NCBI GenBank assembly: GCA_002710135.1
Contig: PAOY01000035.1
Coordinates: 448-64,447, forward strand
Direction of reading: 5' to 3'
DNA from: Dehalococcoidia bacterium
GTDB taxonomy: Bacteria > Chloroflexota > Dehalococcoidia > Lucifugimonadales > Lucifugimonadaceae
DNA length: 64,000 bases
The notes under the pieces were generated by a model. It was not told the DNA's origin. It made no database searches and saw only the letters and a list, made by a program, of their open reading frames with translations. This document shows, one piece after another, positions 19,906 through 27,528 of the stretch. Numbering within the stretch: position 1 is the stretch's first letter; every line of letters begins with the position of its first letter. A program made the translations under genes and the position numbers.

Positions 19906-20843
19906 TCTAAATTTATTTTTATATTTTCTATTAATTTATTTATACTTTTCTTTATAATTTCATGAGAATTTGCTGCATTATGAGGAGTTAGTATGACATT
20001 ATGTAAGCTTTTCAGCTGGTTATTTTTAGATAATGGCTCTTGCTCAAAAACATCAAGTGCTGCACCAGCTATTTTCCCACTTACTAAGGAATTATAAAGA
20101 GCCTGCTCGTTTATTAATTTACCCCTTGCAGTATTTATTATTATTGCGTTTGATTTCATCCTTGAAAATTCTTCAGAACTTATTAAGTATTCAGTTTCTT
20201 CAACTATTCTTGTATGAAGAGTTACTACATCAGAATTTTCTAGTAAAAATTCTAAATCAGAAACTTTTCCGAATTCTTGAAAACTTAATGTTCTGACATT
20301 ATCCATTCTGATTACTGGAGTAACAATTATTTTCATCCCCAAATTAGAGCCGATTCTTGCAACCTTTTCCCCAATTGCACCTGCTCCTACAATACCTAAC
20401 GTTTTTCCTTCAAAAAGATCAACTTCGATTGATGGCCATTCATTATTTCTAACCCTTCTGTCTAACTCTGGTATTTTTTTTAATAGAGATATCATTAATC
20501 CAATTGAGTGTTCTGCAACTGAGTTAGTTAAGATATCAGGGATATTAGTAACTGCTATTTTGTTTCTGTTTGCAGCATCTAAATCTATATGATCTAGTGC
20601 TATACCAAATACAGCTATATGCCTTAAGTTTGGTAGATTTTCTATAATGTTATTATTTATTTTTGTAGTAGCTTTAGTTATAACAGCTGTATGAGCTTCC
20701 CTCAGCCTTGATAACACTTCTCTTGATCCGGAAGGTAGCGATCTGAAAACTTCTATTTCATGATTAATTTTTAGATCACCAAATAATGAAGGATCATATG
20801 AAACTACTTGAGGTTCGTCATCAACTATTACTATTTTGGACAT
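19902..20843 (-). CDS. D-isomer-specific 2-hydroxyacid dehydrogenase (glycerate dehydrogenase/hydroxypyruvate reductase-like)
   Basis: 313 aa. Motifs LGIVGAGAIGEKVA, INTARGKLI, LDVFEQEP and LTPHNA. Confidence 0.8.
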   Translation of the reverse strand: MSKIVIVDDEPQVVSYDPSLFGDLKINHEIEVFRSLPSGSREVLSRLREAHTAVITKATTKINNNIIENLPNLRHIAVFGIALDHIDLDAANRNKIAVTNIPDILTNSVAEHSIGLMISLLKKIPELDRRVRNNEWPSIEVDLFEGKTLGIVGAGAIGEKVARIGSNLGMKIIVTPVIRMDNVRTLSFQEFGKVSDLEFLLENSDVVTLHTRIVEETEYLISSEEFSRMKSNAIIINTARGKLINEQALYNSLVSGKIAGAALDVFEQEPLSKNNQLKSLHNVILTPHNAANSHEIIKKSINKLIENIKINLE

Positions 20844-20908
20844 TATAAAAAAAACTCCATTGAAAATTCTATTATAATGTTCTTATCATCTATAAAAAAC
20901 ATTATTTC

Positions 20909-21241
20909 ATGTCAGCATATAAAATTTTGTACTGGAAAGAAATTCCTACACAACTTAAATATAAAGATAATGATGGAAATGAAGGATCATTCCCTCTGAG
21001 TCTCTTTTTTCAGACAGCAATAGATGCTGTTGCAATGCATGATGGATCTATAGAAAGTGGAGCTTATTTAGATGCTTGGGATTGGGGTCCAGAAATACAG
21101 ACTACTCTCGCTCCAGAAGAAATTATAAAACAATTTGATGATAATATTCCCAAGTCATTTATTAACAAAATAAAATCTTTAGAAGACGAAGGGAATAGAT
21201 CAGGTTTGCCTGGATCAATAGACTCATGGTTCAAAATTTAA
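20909..21241 (+). CDS. small conserved protein, resembles the 'virulence factor' family (PF13769, from memory)
   Basis: 110 aa. The N-terminus KILYWKEIPTQLKY...FQTAIDAVAM resembles the YWRDIPAQV...AIDRAAM pattern I recall for this family. First gene of the methyltransferase operon; overlaps the next gene by 16 nt. Confidence 0.45.
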   Translation: MSAYKILYWKEIPTQLKYKDNDGNEGSFPLSLFFQTAIDAVAMHDGSIESGAYLDAWDWGPEIQTTLAPEEIIKQFDDNIPKSFINKIKSLEDEGNRSGLPGSIDSWFKI

Positions 21242-22149
21242 AAGATAGTTCAAAAAAAATCTTAGATGATATTAATAAAGGTAAAATATTTTTACTTGAT
21301 GGAGCAACTGGTACTTTTCTTCAAAACAATGGTCTTGAAGCAGGCGGATGCCCAGAGCTAATGAATATTGAGTTTCCTGAAGTTATTTCAAAAATGGCTC
21401 ATAGCTATTTTTCTAATGGAAGCGATATTGTTCTTACAAATACTTTTGGAGGAAATTACTACCGATTGAAACATTATGGATTAGAAGAGAGAGTTATTGA
21501 AATAAATAAAATAGCTTCAGAAATTGCAAAAAAAGCTGCTTCGGACTATCAAGACAAATATGTTTTTGGTTCAATAGGTCCAACCGGTGAATTTCTAAAA
21601 CCTTTGGGAAATGTATCTGAAGAAGAAATGTATGAATGTCTCTATAATCAAATGAAAGGTTTATATGATGGCGGAGTTGATGCTTTTGTTATAGAAACTC
21701 AGATCGCGACAGAAGAAACTTTACTAGCATTAAGGGTTGCAAAAGAAAATTTTAATCTTTTGAATATAGTTTCATTTGTTTATGACAAGGGACCAAAAGG
21801 TTACTTTACAATGTTTGGCCTTTCACCTTCAGAAAGTGTTGATTTGTTTTTTAAGTCAGGAGCGGATATTGTCGGAGCAAATTGTGGCAATGGATCAGAA
21901 AAAATAGTAGAAATTTCTAAAGAAATTAGATCTAAAACAAAGAATCCTGTTTTGGTTCAAGCAAATGCAGGTATACCAATTATAAAGAAAAACGATATAA
22001 TTTATCCAGAATCACCAGAAGATATGGTTAAAGAATATAAAAAGTTAATAGAAATGAATATAAATATTTTAGGTGGATGTTGTGGAACAAATGAAGAGCA
22101 TATTAATGCCTTTTCAAAAATAATAAGGAGTCACAATGAAAGTATCTGA
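21226..22149 (+). CDS. stand-alone homocysteine S-methyltransferase domain protein (MetH N-terminal module / PF02574 type), Zn-dependent
   Basis: 307 aa. Motifs LLDGATGT and TNTFGG. Zn-ligand Cys in VGANCGNG and the Cys-Cys pair in LGGCCGTNEEHI (TGT TGT at 22078-22083). Confidence 0.8.
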   Translation: MVQNLKDSSKKILDDINKGKIFLLDGATGTFLQNNGLEAGGCPELMNIEFPEVISKMAHSYFSNGSDIVLTNTFGGNYYRLKHYGLEERVIEINKIASEIAKKAASDYQDKYVFGSIGPTGEFLKPLGNVSEEEMYECLYNQMKGLYDGGVDAFVIETQIATEETLLALRVAKENFNLLNIVSFVYDKGPKGYFTMFGLSPSESVDLFFKSGADIVGANCGNGSEKIVEISKEIRSKTKNPVLVQANAGIPIIKKNDIIYPESPEDMVKEYKKLIEMNINILGGCCGTNEEHINAFSKIIRSHNESI

Positions 22150-22780
22150 TGTAAAAATCAAATTTGGAAAATGTCTTGAACTTGTATCCATGGATCCTAA
22201 TTTTCATAACATTAGTGTAGGACTGTTTATCAAAAAAGATATCTTAACTGTATGGTCTTACAGTAAAAAAGAAGGAGTAGAGTCTAGATTAAATCAAATA
22301 AGAGACAAAATGGTTGAATTCGGAGGATTAAATCACTTAGATGAAGACTTTAAAATGACTGTTCCTAAAGGCGCTCTTATCGAAAGACCATTGAAATTTT
22401 TGTTTAGTCAATGTGTGGAAATGTCACCCGAAAAAAAATCTGACAAAGGTATTATTACTGCCAAAGACAATAAAACTAAACTGACCTTTAAAGTTAGTGG
22501 GTCTCAACAACAAGATAAATATATATATACTGTATCCGCTGAGGGTGAACATGAAAAACCAGGTCTTAGAATACGTGCTGTTGTTGGAGGTTTCATAAAA
22601 TATGGAGAATGCATTAGAAATGATGTAGATTCCTTTCATTTCCCAGATAACAATGCACATGAAGAATACGTAAGAGTATTACTTCCTTATGCAAGAAATG
22701 TAAGTGCTGTTGAACAGATGTTAGAAGCATCTGATCAAGCTGGACAAATGACTACTCAAAGCTTAGGGTTTTCACAATAA
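22136..22780 (+). CDS. hypothetical protein embedded in the corrinoid methyltransferase operon
   Basis: 214 aa. AAGGAG Shine-Dalgarno 7 nt upstream of the ATG at 22136. 14-nt overlap with the preceding gene and 10-nt gap to the next. No recognisable motif. Confidence 0.6.
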   Translation: MKVSDVKIKFGKCLELVSMDPNFHNISVGLFIKKDILTVWSYSKKEGVESRLNQIRDKMVEFGGLNHLDEDFKMTVPKGALIERPLKFLFSQCVEMSPEKKSDKGIITAKDNKTKLTFKVSGSQQQDKYIYTVSAEGEHEKPGLRIRAVVGGFIKYGECIRNDVDSFHFPDNNAHEEYVRVLLPYARNVSAVEQMLEASDQAGQMTTQSLGFSQ

Positions 22781-22790
22781 AGGGGAAAAA

Positions 22791-23822
22791 ATGATAAAAC
22801 AAATGACAAAAAAAGAAAGAGTTTTAGCAGCCCTAAATAGATTAGAAGTTGATAGACCTCCGGTTGCGAACCCAACTTCTGTTGCTACTGTAGAAATGAT
22901 GGATTTAGTAGATGCTCCATTTCCAGAAGCATGTAGATCGGCAGAATTAAATGCAAGGCTTGCAGCGACAGAAATTACTGAATTCGATTTTGATGCAATT
23001 GCTCCATATTTTTCAATTATTCAAGAATCTAGTGCAATTGGATGTGAAATGCAGTGGGAGCAAAAAGATAACTGGCCTACTGTTAGAATGAGTAATCCTA
23101 TTTGGAAAACATCAAGTGATATAAAAGTTCCATCAGATTTCTTAAATCATCCTGATGTTAAGGTTATAACTGATTCTATTAGAATCTTGAAAAAGGAGTT
23201 TGGAGATGATGTCCCAATTATTGGAAAAACAATGGGGCCATGGACTTTAGCTTACCATGTTTTTGGTGTTGAGACATTCCTATTGGGATCAGTAGATAAT
23301 CCTGATGAAACTATTAAGTCTCTGGAAAAACTTCAAGAATTTACATACTTATTTGGAGAGGCTCAAGTTGATGCTGGCGCAGATGTTCTAACTATACCAG
23401 ACCATGCCACAGGAGATTTAGTATCAGGTCAATACTATCAAAAATTTTTACAGGATATTCATACTGAAATGGCACAAAGATTTACAGTCCCTCTAATACT
23501 TCATATTTGCGGTAGAACAGTAGATAGAATGCCTTATATTGCTGAAACTGGCATGCATGCATTTCATTTTGATTCCAAGAATTCACCTCAAGAAGCAATG
23601 GATGCAGTAAATAATAAAATTGCTCTTGTAGGAAATATTAATAATCCAGAAACTTTATACTCAAAGGAAGCAGACGATGTTAAGAAAGAAGTTTTTGAGT
23701 GCTTAAATGCTGGAGTCCAGCTTATTGCTCCAGAATGTGCTATTCCATTAAAAACAAAAGCTGAAAATCTTGTAGCAATAAATGAAGGTATTACTGACTG
23801 GCTAGCGGAAACAAATTCGTAG
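22791..23822 (+). CDS. URO-D-family (MtaA/MtbA/CmuA-type) corrinoid methyltransferase, Zn-dependent
   Basis: 343 aa. N-terminus MTKKERVLAALNRLEVDRPPVANP is typical of MtaA-like proteins. The H-x-C...C Zn signature is present (LILHICGR and IAPECAIP). AGGGG Shine-Dalgarno motif upstream. Confidence 0.75.
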   Translation: MIKQMTKKERVLAALNRLEVDRPPVANPTSVATVEMMDLVDAPFPEACRSAELNARLAATEITEFDFDAIAPYFSIIQESSAIGCEMQWEQKDNWPTVRMSNPIWKTSSDIKVPSDFLNHPDVKVITDSIRILKKEFGDDVPIIGKTMGPWTLAYHVFGVETFLLGSVDNPDETIKSLEKLQEFTYLFGEAQVDAGADVLTIPDHATGDLVSGQYYQKFLQDIHTEMAQRFTVPLILHICGRTVDRMPYIAETGMHAFHFDSKNSPQEAMDAVNNKIALVGNINNPETLYSKEADDVKKEVFECLNAGVQLIAPECAIPLKTKAENLVAINEGITDWLAETNS

Positions 23823-23874
23823 ATTTGATAAAATAAAAATATAATTAACATATTCATTAAAAATAGGACTATTT

Positions 23875-24618
23875 ATGTTTGATCATGAAGGACTTTCAAA
23901 AGAATTTGAGTGGGTAACTAAAGAAAGTGAAAAAAAACATATTGGTGGGGCTATATCAAATACCTCCTACGAAATGCAAGAGATTTCATATGCTCTAATT
24001 ACTGGAGATAATAATGCAGTTGATGAGTTAACAAAAAAAGCTCTAGATAATGGATCTACAGCAAACGAAATACTTGATGATGGATTATTAAATGGTATGG
24101 CAATAGTAGGTGTTAAGTTTAGAGATAATGTTATATTTGTTCCCGAAGTATTGATATCTGCAAGAGCGATGAAAGCTGGTATGACTCATATCGAACCAAT
24201 TTTATCTGAATCTGGAATTGAACCTCAAGGAATAGTTCTTATGGGTACAGTTAAGGGTGATTTACATGATATTGGAAAAAATTTGTGTATCATGATGCTA
24301 AGAGGAGCAGGTTTTACTGTTCATGATTTAGGAGTAGATACATCTCCAGAAGACTTTGTTGATGGTTTTGAAGAACATGAACCTGACGTAATTGGAATGT
24401 CAGCGCTTTTGACAACAACAATGCCTAATATGGGAAGGACTATCCAATATTTTGAAGATATTGGATTAAGAGAAGAAGTTAGAATGATGGTTGGCGGAGC
24501 TCCAGTTACTCAAGAATTTGCTGATGAAATGGGTGCAGATGGATATGGAGAAAGTGCCGTTGATGCAGTTGATAAAGCAAAAGAGCTTGTAGAGCTTCTT
24601 AAAGATTTAAAGAGTTAG
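23875..24618 (+). CDS. corrinoid (cobalamin-binding) methyl-carrier protein, B12 cap plus Rossmann-like B12 domain
   Basis: 247 aa. D-x-H-x-x-G motif is GDLHDIGKN (D129, H131, G134; nt 24259-24276). Also S-x-L (GMSALLTTT) and G-G (MVGGAPV). Confidence 0.9.
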   Translation: MFDHEGLSKEFEWVTKESEKKHIGGAISNTSYEMQEISYALITGDNNAVDELTKKALDNGSTANEILDDGLLNGMAIVGVKFRDNVIFVPEVLISARAMKAGMTHIEPILSESGIEPQGIVLMGTVKGDLHDIGKNLCIMMLRGAGFTVHDLGVDTSPEDFVDGFEEHEPDVIGMSALLTTTMPNMGRTIQYFEDIGLREEVRMMVGGAPVTQEFADEMGADGYGESAVDAVDKAKELVELLKDLKS

Positions 24619-24624
24619 ATTTAT

Positions 24625-24903
24625 ATGACTTATAAAAAGTCTAATTCTAATAATAAAAAGCAATTAAAAAAGAGTTTAGATAACTTATATAATATTTTTC
24701 AGGACATATCATTTCACGCTGATGAAATAAGTAAAACTAGATGCCCATACAAAAATGCTAAAAATTTATGTACTGCAACCTTCTCTTGCAGGAATCAGCA
24801 TTTTACTGCTAAGGGATTAGATTTACCGATTTGTGTTGGTTCACATAAGTTAGATTACAGATTTGCATGGGAAGTGGATAAACCTATTAAAAAAAATGAG
24901 TGA
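24625..24903 (+). CDS. small Cys-containing hypothetical protein
   Basis: 92 aa. Basic N-terminus, with four Cys spaced C-x8-C-x5-C-x13-C (RCPYKNAKNLCTATFSC...PICVG). Its TGA stop overlaps the ATG of the next gene (ATGAGTGA). Confidence 0.5.
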   Translation: MTYKKSNSNNKKQLKKSLDNLYNIFQDISFHADEISKTRCPYKNAKNLCTATFSCRNQHFTAKGLDLPICVGSHKLDYRFAWEVDKPIKKNE

Positions 24904-26527
24904 AAAAAAATTTATTAATGAAAAAAAATCTATAGAATTATCAAAAAATAGATCTCTTTTCGAATATGCAGATCAAATAAAAATGAGAATTCCAACATCA
25001 TGTGGAAGATTTGGAGATTGTCACGAATGTATAGTTGAGGTATCTGAAGGTTATGATATCTTATCCAAGCCAACTGAACACGAAAACTTCCTTAAAGAAC
25101 CATTTAGATTAGCATGTCAGGCTAACACTGTTTCGAAAGACTCAAACTTAAAATTTAGTCCTAGAAAGAGAGATAGAAAAATTTTGACAAATTTTTCTCA
25201 AGAATCTTCATATGATGTAGATCATAATTATATCTATAAAGACAATACTCTAATTTATAAATCTGAAAATAAAGAAACAGTATTATCAAAATCAAAAAAA
25301 ATCTATGGATTAGCTATAGATGTAGGAACTACCACTGTAGCAATTAATTTAGTTGATATAAATATCGGTAAAGTTCTTATGACTTCATCTTTTGAAAACC
25401 CTCAAATTTTTGGAGGTTCAGATGTTATGAACCGTATTTCTTATGACTCATCTAGCTATAAAGGAGAACTGTCAAAAGCAATAATTTCTTCAGTAAATTT
25501 TGAAATTGGTGAATTTGTTAAGAAATTAAAGATAAGAAGAAATGAAATTGTTGAAGTTACTATAGTAGGGAATTCTACAATGAGAGATTTATTTTTCAAT
25601 CTAGATGTAGAACCTATCGGTGTAAAGCCTTATAAATCAATAATCGAAACTGATTATTTAGATTCTAAAATCTCAAGTACAGAATTAATCACTTCAGCAA
25701 AAGATCTAAACTTAAGAATTAATTCTGAAGCATTAATTTATAGTCCTCCATTAATTGCATCTCATATAGGTTCAGATGTTTCTGCTGGTCTCATAGCTAC
25801 AGATTTTTTTGAAAATAATAATACAAAAATGTTAATAGATATTGGTACAAATACTGAAGTTGTTTTGGGAACACCTCAAAAAATGCTTGCGGCGTCATGC
25901 CCTGCAGGGCCTGCCTTTGAAGGAGGAGAGATAACATATGGTATGCCTGGTTATGAGGGTGCTATAGAGAAAGTTGATTTTGAAAGTAATAATTTTACAT
26001 ACCAAACTATTGGGAATTCAAAGCCATTAGGACTTTGTGGATCTGGATTAATTGATTTTCTTTCAATTTTAGTTGAAAACAAAATTATGAATCCTTTGGG
26101 TAAATTCGAACAAGAAAAAGATTATATTTTTATTGATAATGATGAATCTATAAACTTGTCAAGGAGAGATGTATCTAGCCTTGCACAAGAAAAAGCAGCA
26201 AACGTATGCGGACAAGCATTAGTTATTAAAGATTTTGGAACAAATATGGATGATATAGATAATGTTTATCTTGCTGGAGGATTTGCAAACTATATTGATA
26301 TTGAAAATGCTAAAAATATAGGCTTCATACTTAATTTCCCTATAGAAAAAATAAAAAAAATAGGCAATACAGCTTTAGAAGGTGCAACAAAATTATTATT
26401 ATCAAATAAACTTAGAAAAAATCTTGTTGATTATGTGAAAAAAATAGATCACTTAGAACTTGAAACAAAACCAGAGTTTTTCGATTATTTTGTTGAAGGT
26501 TGTCAATTTAAAAAGATTTCAGTATAA
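24896..26527 (+). CDS. RACo/RamA-type ATP-dependent reductive activase of corrinoid proteins (2Fe-2S ferredoxin plus ASKHA/DUF4445 domains)
   Basis: N-terminal plant-type 2Fe-2S pattern SCGRFGDCHEC...LACQA. ASKHA phosphate motifs GLAIDVGTTTVA and IDIGTNTEV, plus LCGSGLID. The track ORF starts at 24863. I prefer the ATG at 24896 (MSEKKF...), which is translationally coupled to the upstream stop. Confidence 0.8.
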   Translation: MSEKKFINEKKSIELSKNRSLFEYADQIKMRIPTSCGRFGDCHECIVEVSEGYDILSKPTEHENFLKEPFRLACQANTVSKDSNLKFSPRKRDRKILTNFSQESSYDVDHNYIYKDNTLIYKSENKETVLSKSKKIYGLAIDVGTTTVAINLVDINIGKVLMTSSFENPQIFGGSDVMNRISYDSSSYKGELSKAIISSVNFEIGEFVKKLKIRRNEIVEVTIVGNSTMRDLFFNLDVEPIGVKPYKSIIETDYLDSKISSTELITSAKDLNLRINSEALIYSPPLIASHIGSDVSAGLIATDFFENNNTKMLIDIGTNTEVVLGTPQKMLAASCPAGPAFEGGEITYGMPGYEGAIEKVDFESNNFTYQTIGNSKPLGLCGSGLIDFLSILVENKIMNPLGKFEQEKDYIFIDNDESINLSRRDVSSLAQEKAANVCGQALVIKDFGTNMDDIDNVYLAGGFANYIDIENAKNIGFILNFPIEKIKKIGNTALEGATKLLLSNKLRKNLVDYVKKIDHLELETKPEFFDYFVEGCQFKKISV

Positions 26528-26535
26528 AGGTAACT

Positions 26536-27528
26536 ATGAAATATAAAGCAGTAATTACAGATTATGTATGGCCTAATCTTGATATAGAATCTAAGATCTT
26601 AAATGATAACGATATTGAGGTCGTTGATTGTAATAACAAAAGTGATAAAGAACTCAAGAAAGAATTGGAAGATGCAGATGCATTGCTTTTTTGTTTTAGA
26701 GAAATATCTACAGATTTGCTAGAATCAGCTACTAAATGCAAAGTTGCGTCAAGATATGGAATTGGTGTAGATAATATTGATATAAATAAATGTACTGAAT
26801 TAGGTATAGTTGTTACAAATATACCTGATTATTGTTTAGAAGAAGTTTCAGATCATGCTATTGCAATGATACTTAGTTTGAATAGAAGAATAAATGATCA
26901 TTCCAATATGGTAAAAAATGGTGGTTGGAACGACTTAGACTTGAATATCCCTGTACAAAGACTGAGTGAATCAACTTTAGGGATTGTTGGTTTTGGACGA
27001 ATAGGAAAAACCATAGCTTCAAGGGTTTCAGCGCTAGGTATAAGATCGATAGCTTATGATCCATTATTAGAAACTGGAAAAAAAGTAGATAATGTAGAAA
27101 TTGTTTCATTTGAAAATTTATTGAGAAATTCAGATTTTGTTACAATTCATGTGCCATTAAATGAACACACTCATCACCTTTTTTCAGAAAAAGAATTTAA
27201 TCAAATGAAAAATAACTCTATTATAGTTAATTGTGCAAGAGGTGGATTAATTGATGAAAAAGCTGCCTCAGAAGCTATTTCAAGAGGTCAAATTGGAGGG
27301 ATTGGATTAGATGTTATTGAAGACACTTCTAAAACACCTACTAGTCCATTATTTAATAATCAAAACGTAATAATAACTCCTCATACAGCTTTTTTTTCTA
27401 AAGCTTCAGGTGAAGAGCTTCAAAAAAGAACAGCAGAGGAAATAGTCAGAGTTATTAATAATAAGAAACCTGAGAACTTTATAAACCCTGAGGTCTTAGG
27501 AAATACACGTTCTAATTTAATTGTCTAA
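26536..27528 (+). CDS. D-isomer-specific 2-hydroxyacid dehydrogenase (phosphoglycerate dehydrogenase/CtBP-like)
   Basis: 330 aa. Motifs LGIVGFGRIGKTIA, VNCARGGLID, LDVIE and ITPHTAF. Only 8 nt after the RACo gene, with an AAGGT Shine-Dalgarno motif. Confidence 0.75.
   Translation: MKYKAVITDYVWPNLDIESKILNDNDIEVVDCNNKSDKELKKELEDADALLFCFREISTDLLESATKCKVASRYGIGVDNIDINKCTELGIVVTNIPDYCLEEVSDHAIAMILSLNRRINDHSNMVKNGGWNDLDLNIPVQRLSESTLGIVGFGRIGKTIASRVSALGIRSIAYDPLLETGKKVDNVEIVSFENLLRNSDFVTIHVPLNEHTHHLFSEKEFNQMKNNSIIVNCARGGLIDEKAASEAISRGQIGGIGLDVIEDTSKTPTSPLFNNQNVIITPHTAFFSKASGEELQKRTAEEIVRVINNKKPENFINPEVLGNTRSNLIV

Noticed and set aside
20844-20908. A cobalamin riboswitch or a defined promoter in the divergent spacer upstream of the corrinoid operon, including a TATAAT hexamer at 20873-20878 with TTGAAA just upstream.
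   Set aside because: The spacer is only 65 nt, too short for a B12 riboswitch. The TTGAAA-TATAAT spacing is about 7 nt rather than about 17 nt. TATAAT-like hexamers are expected by chance at this A+T content.
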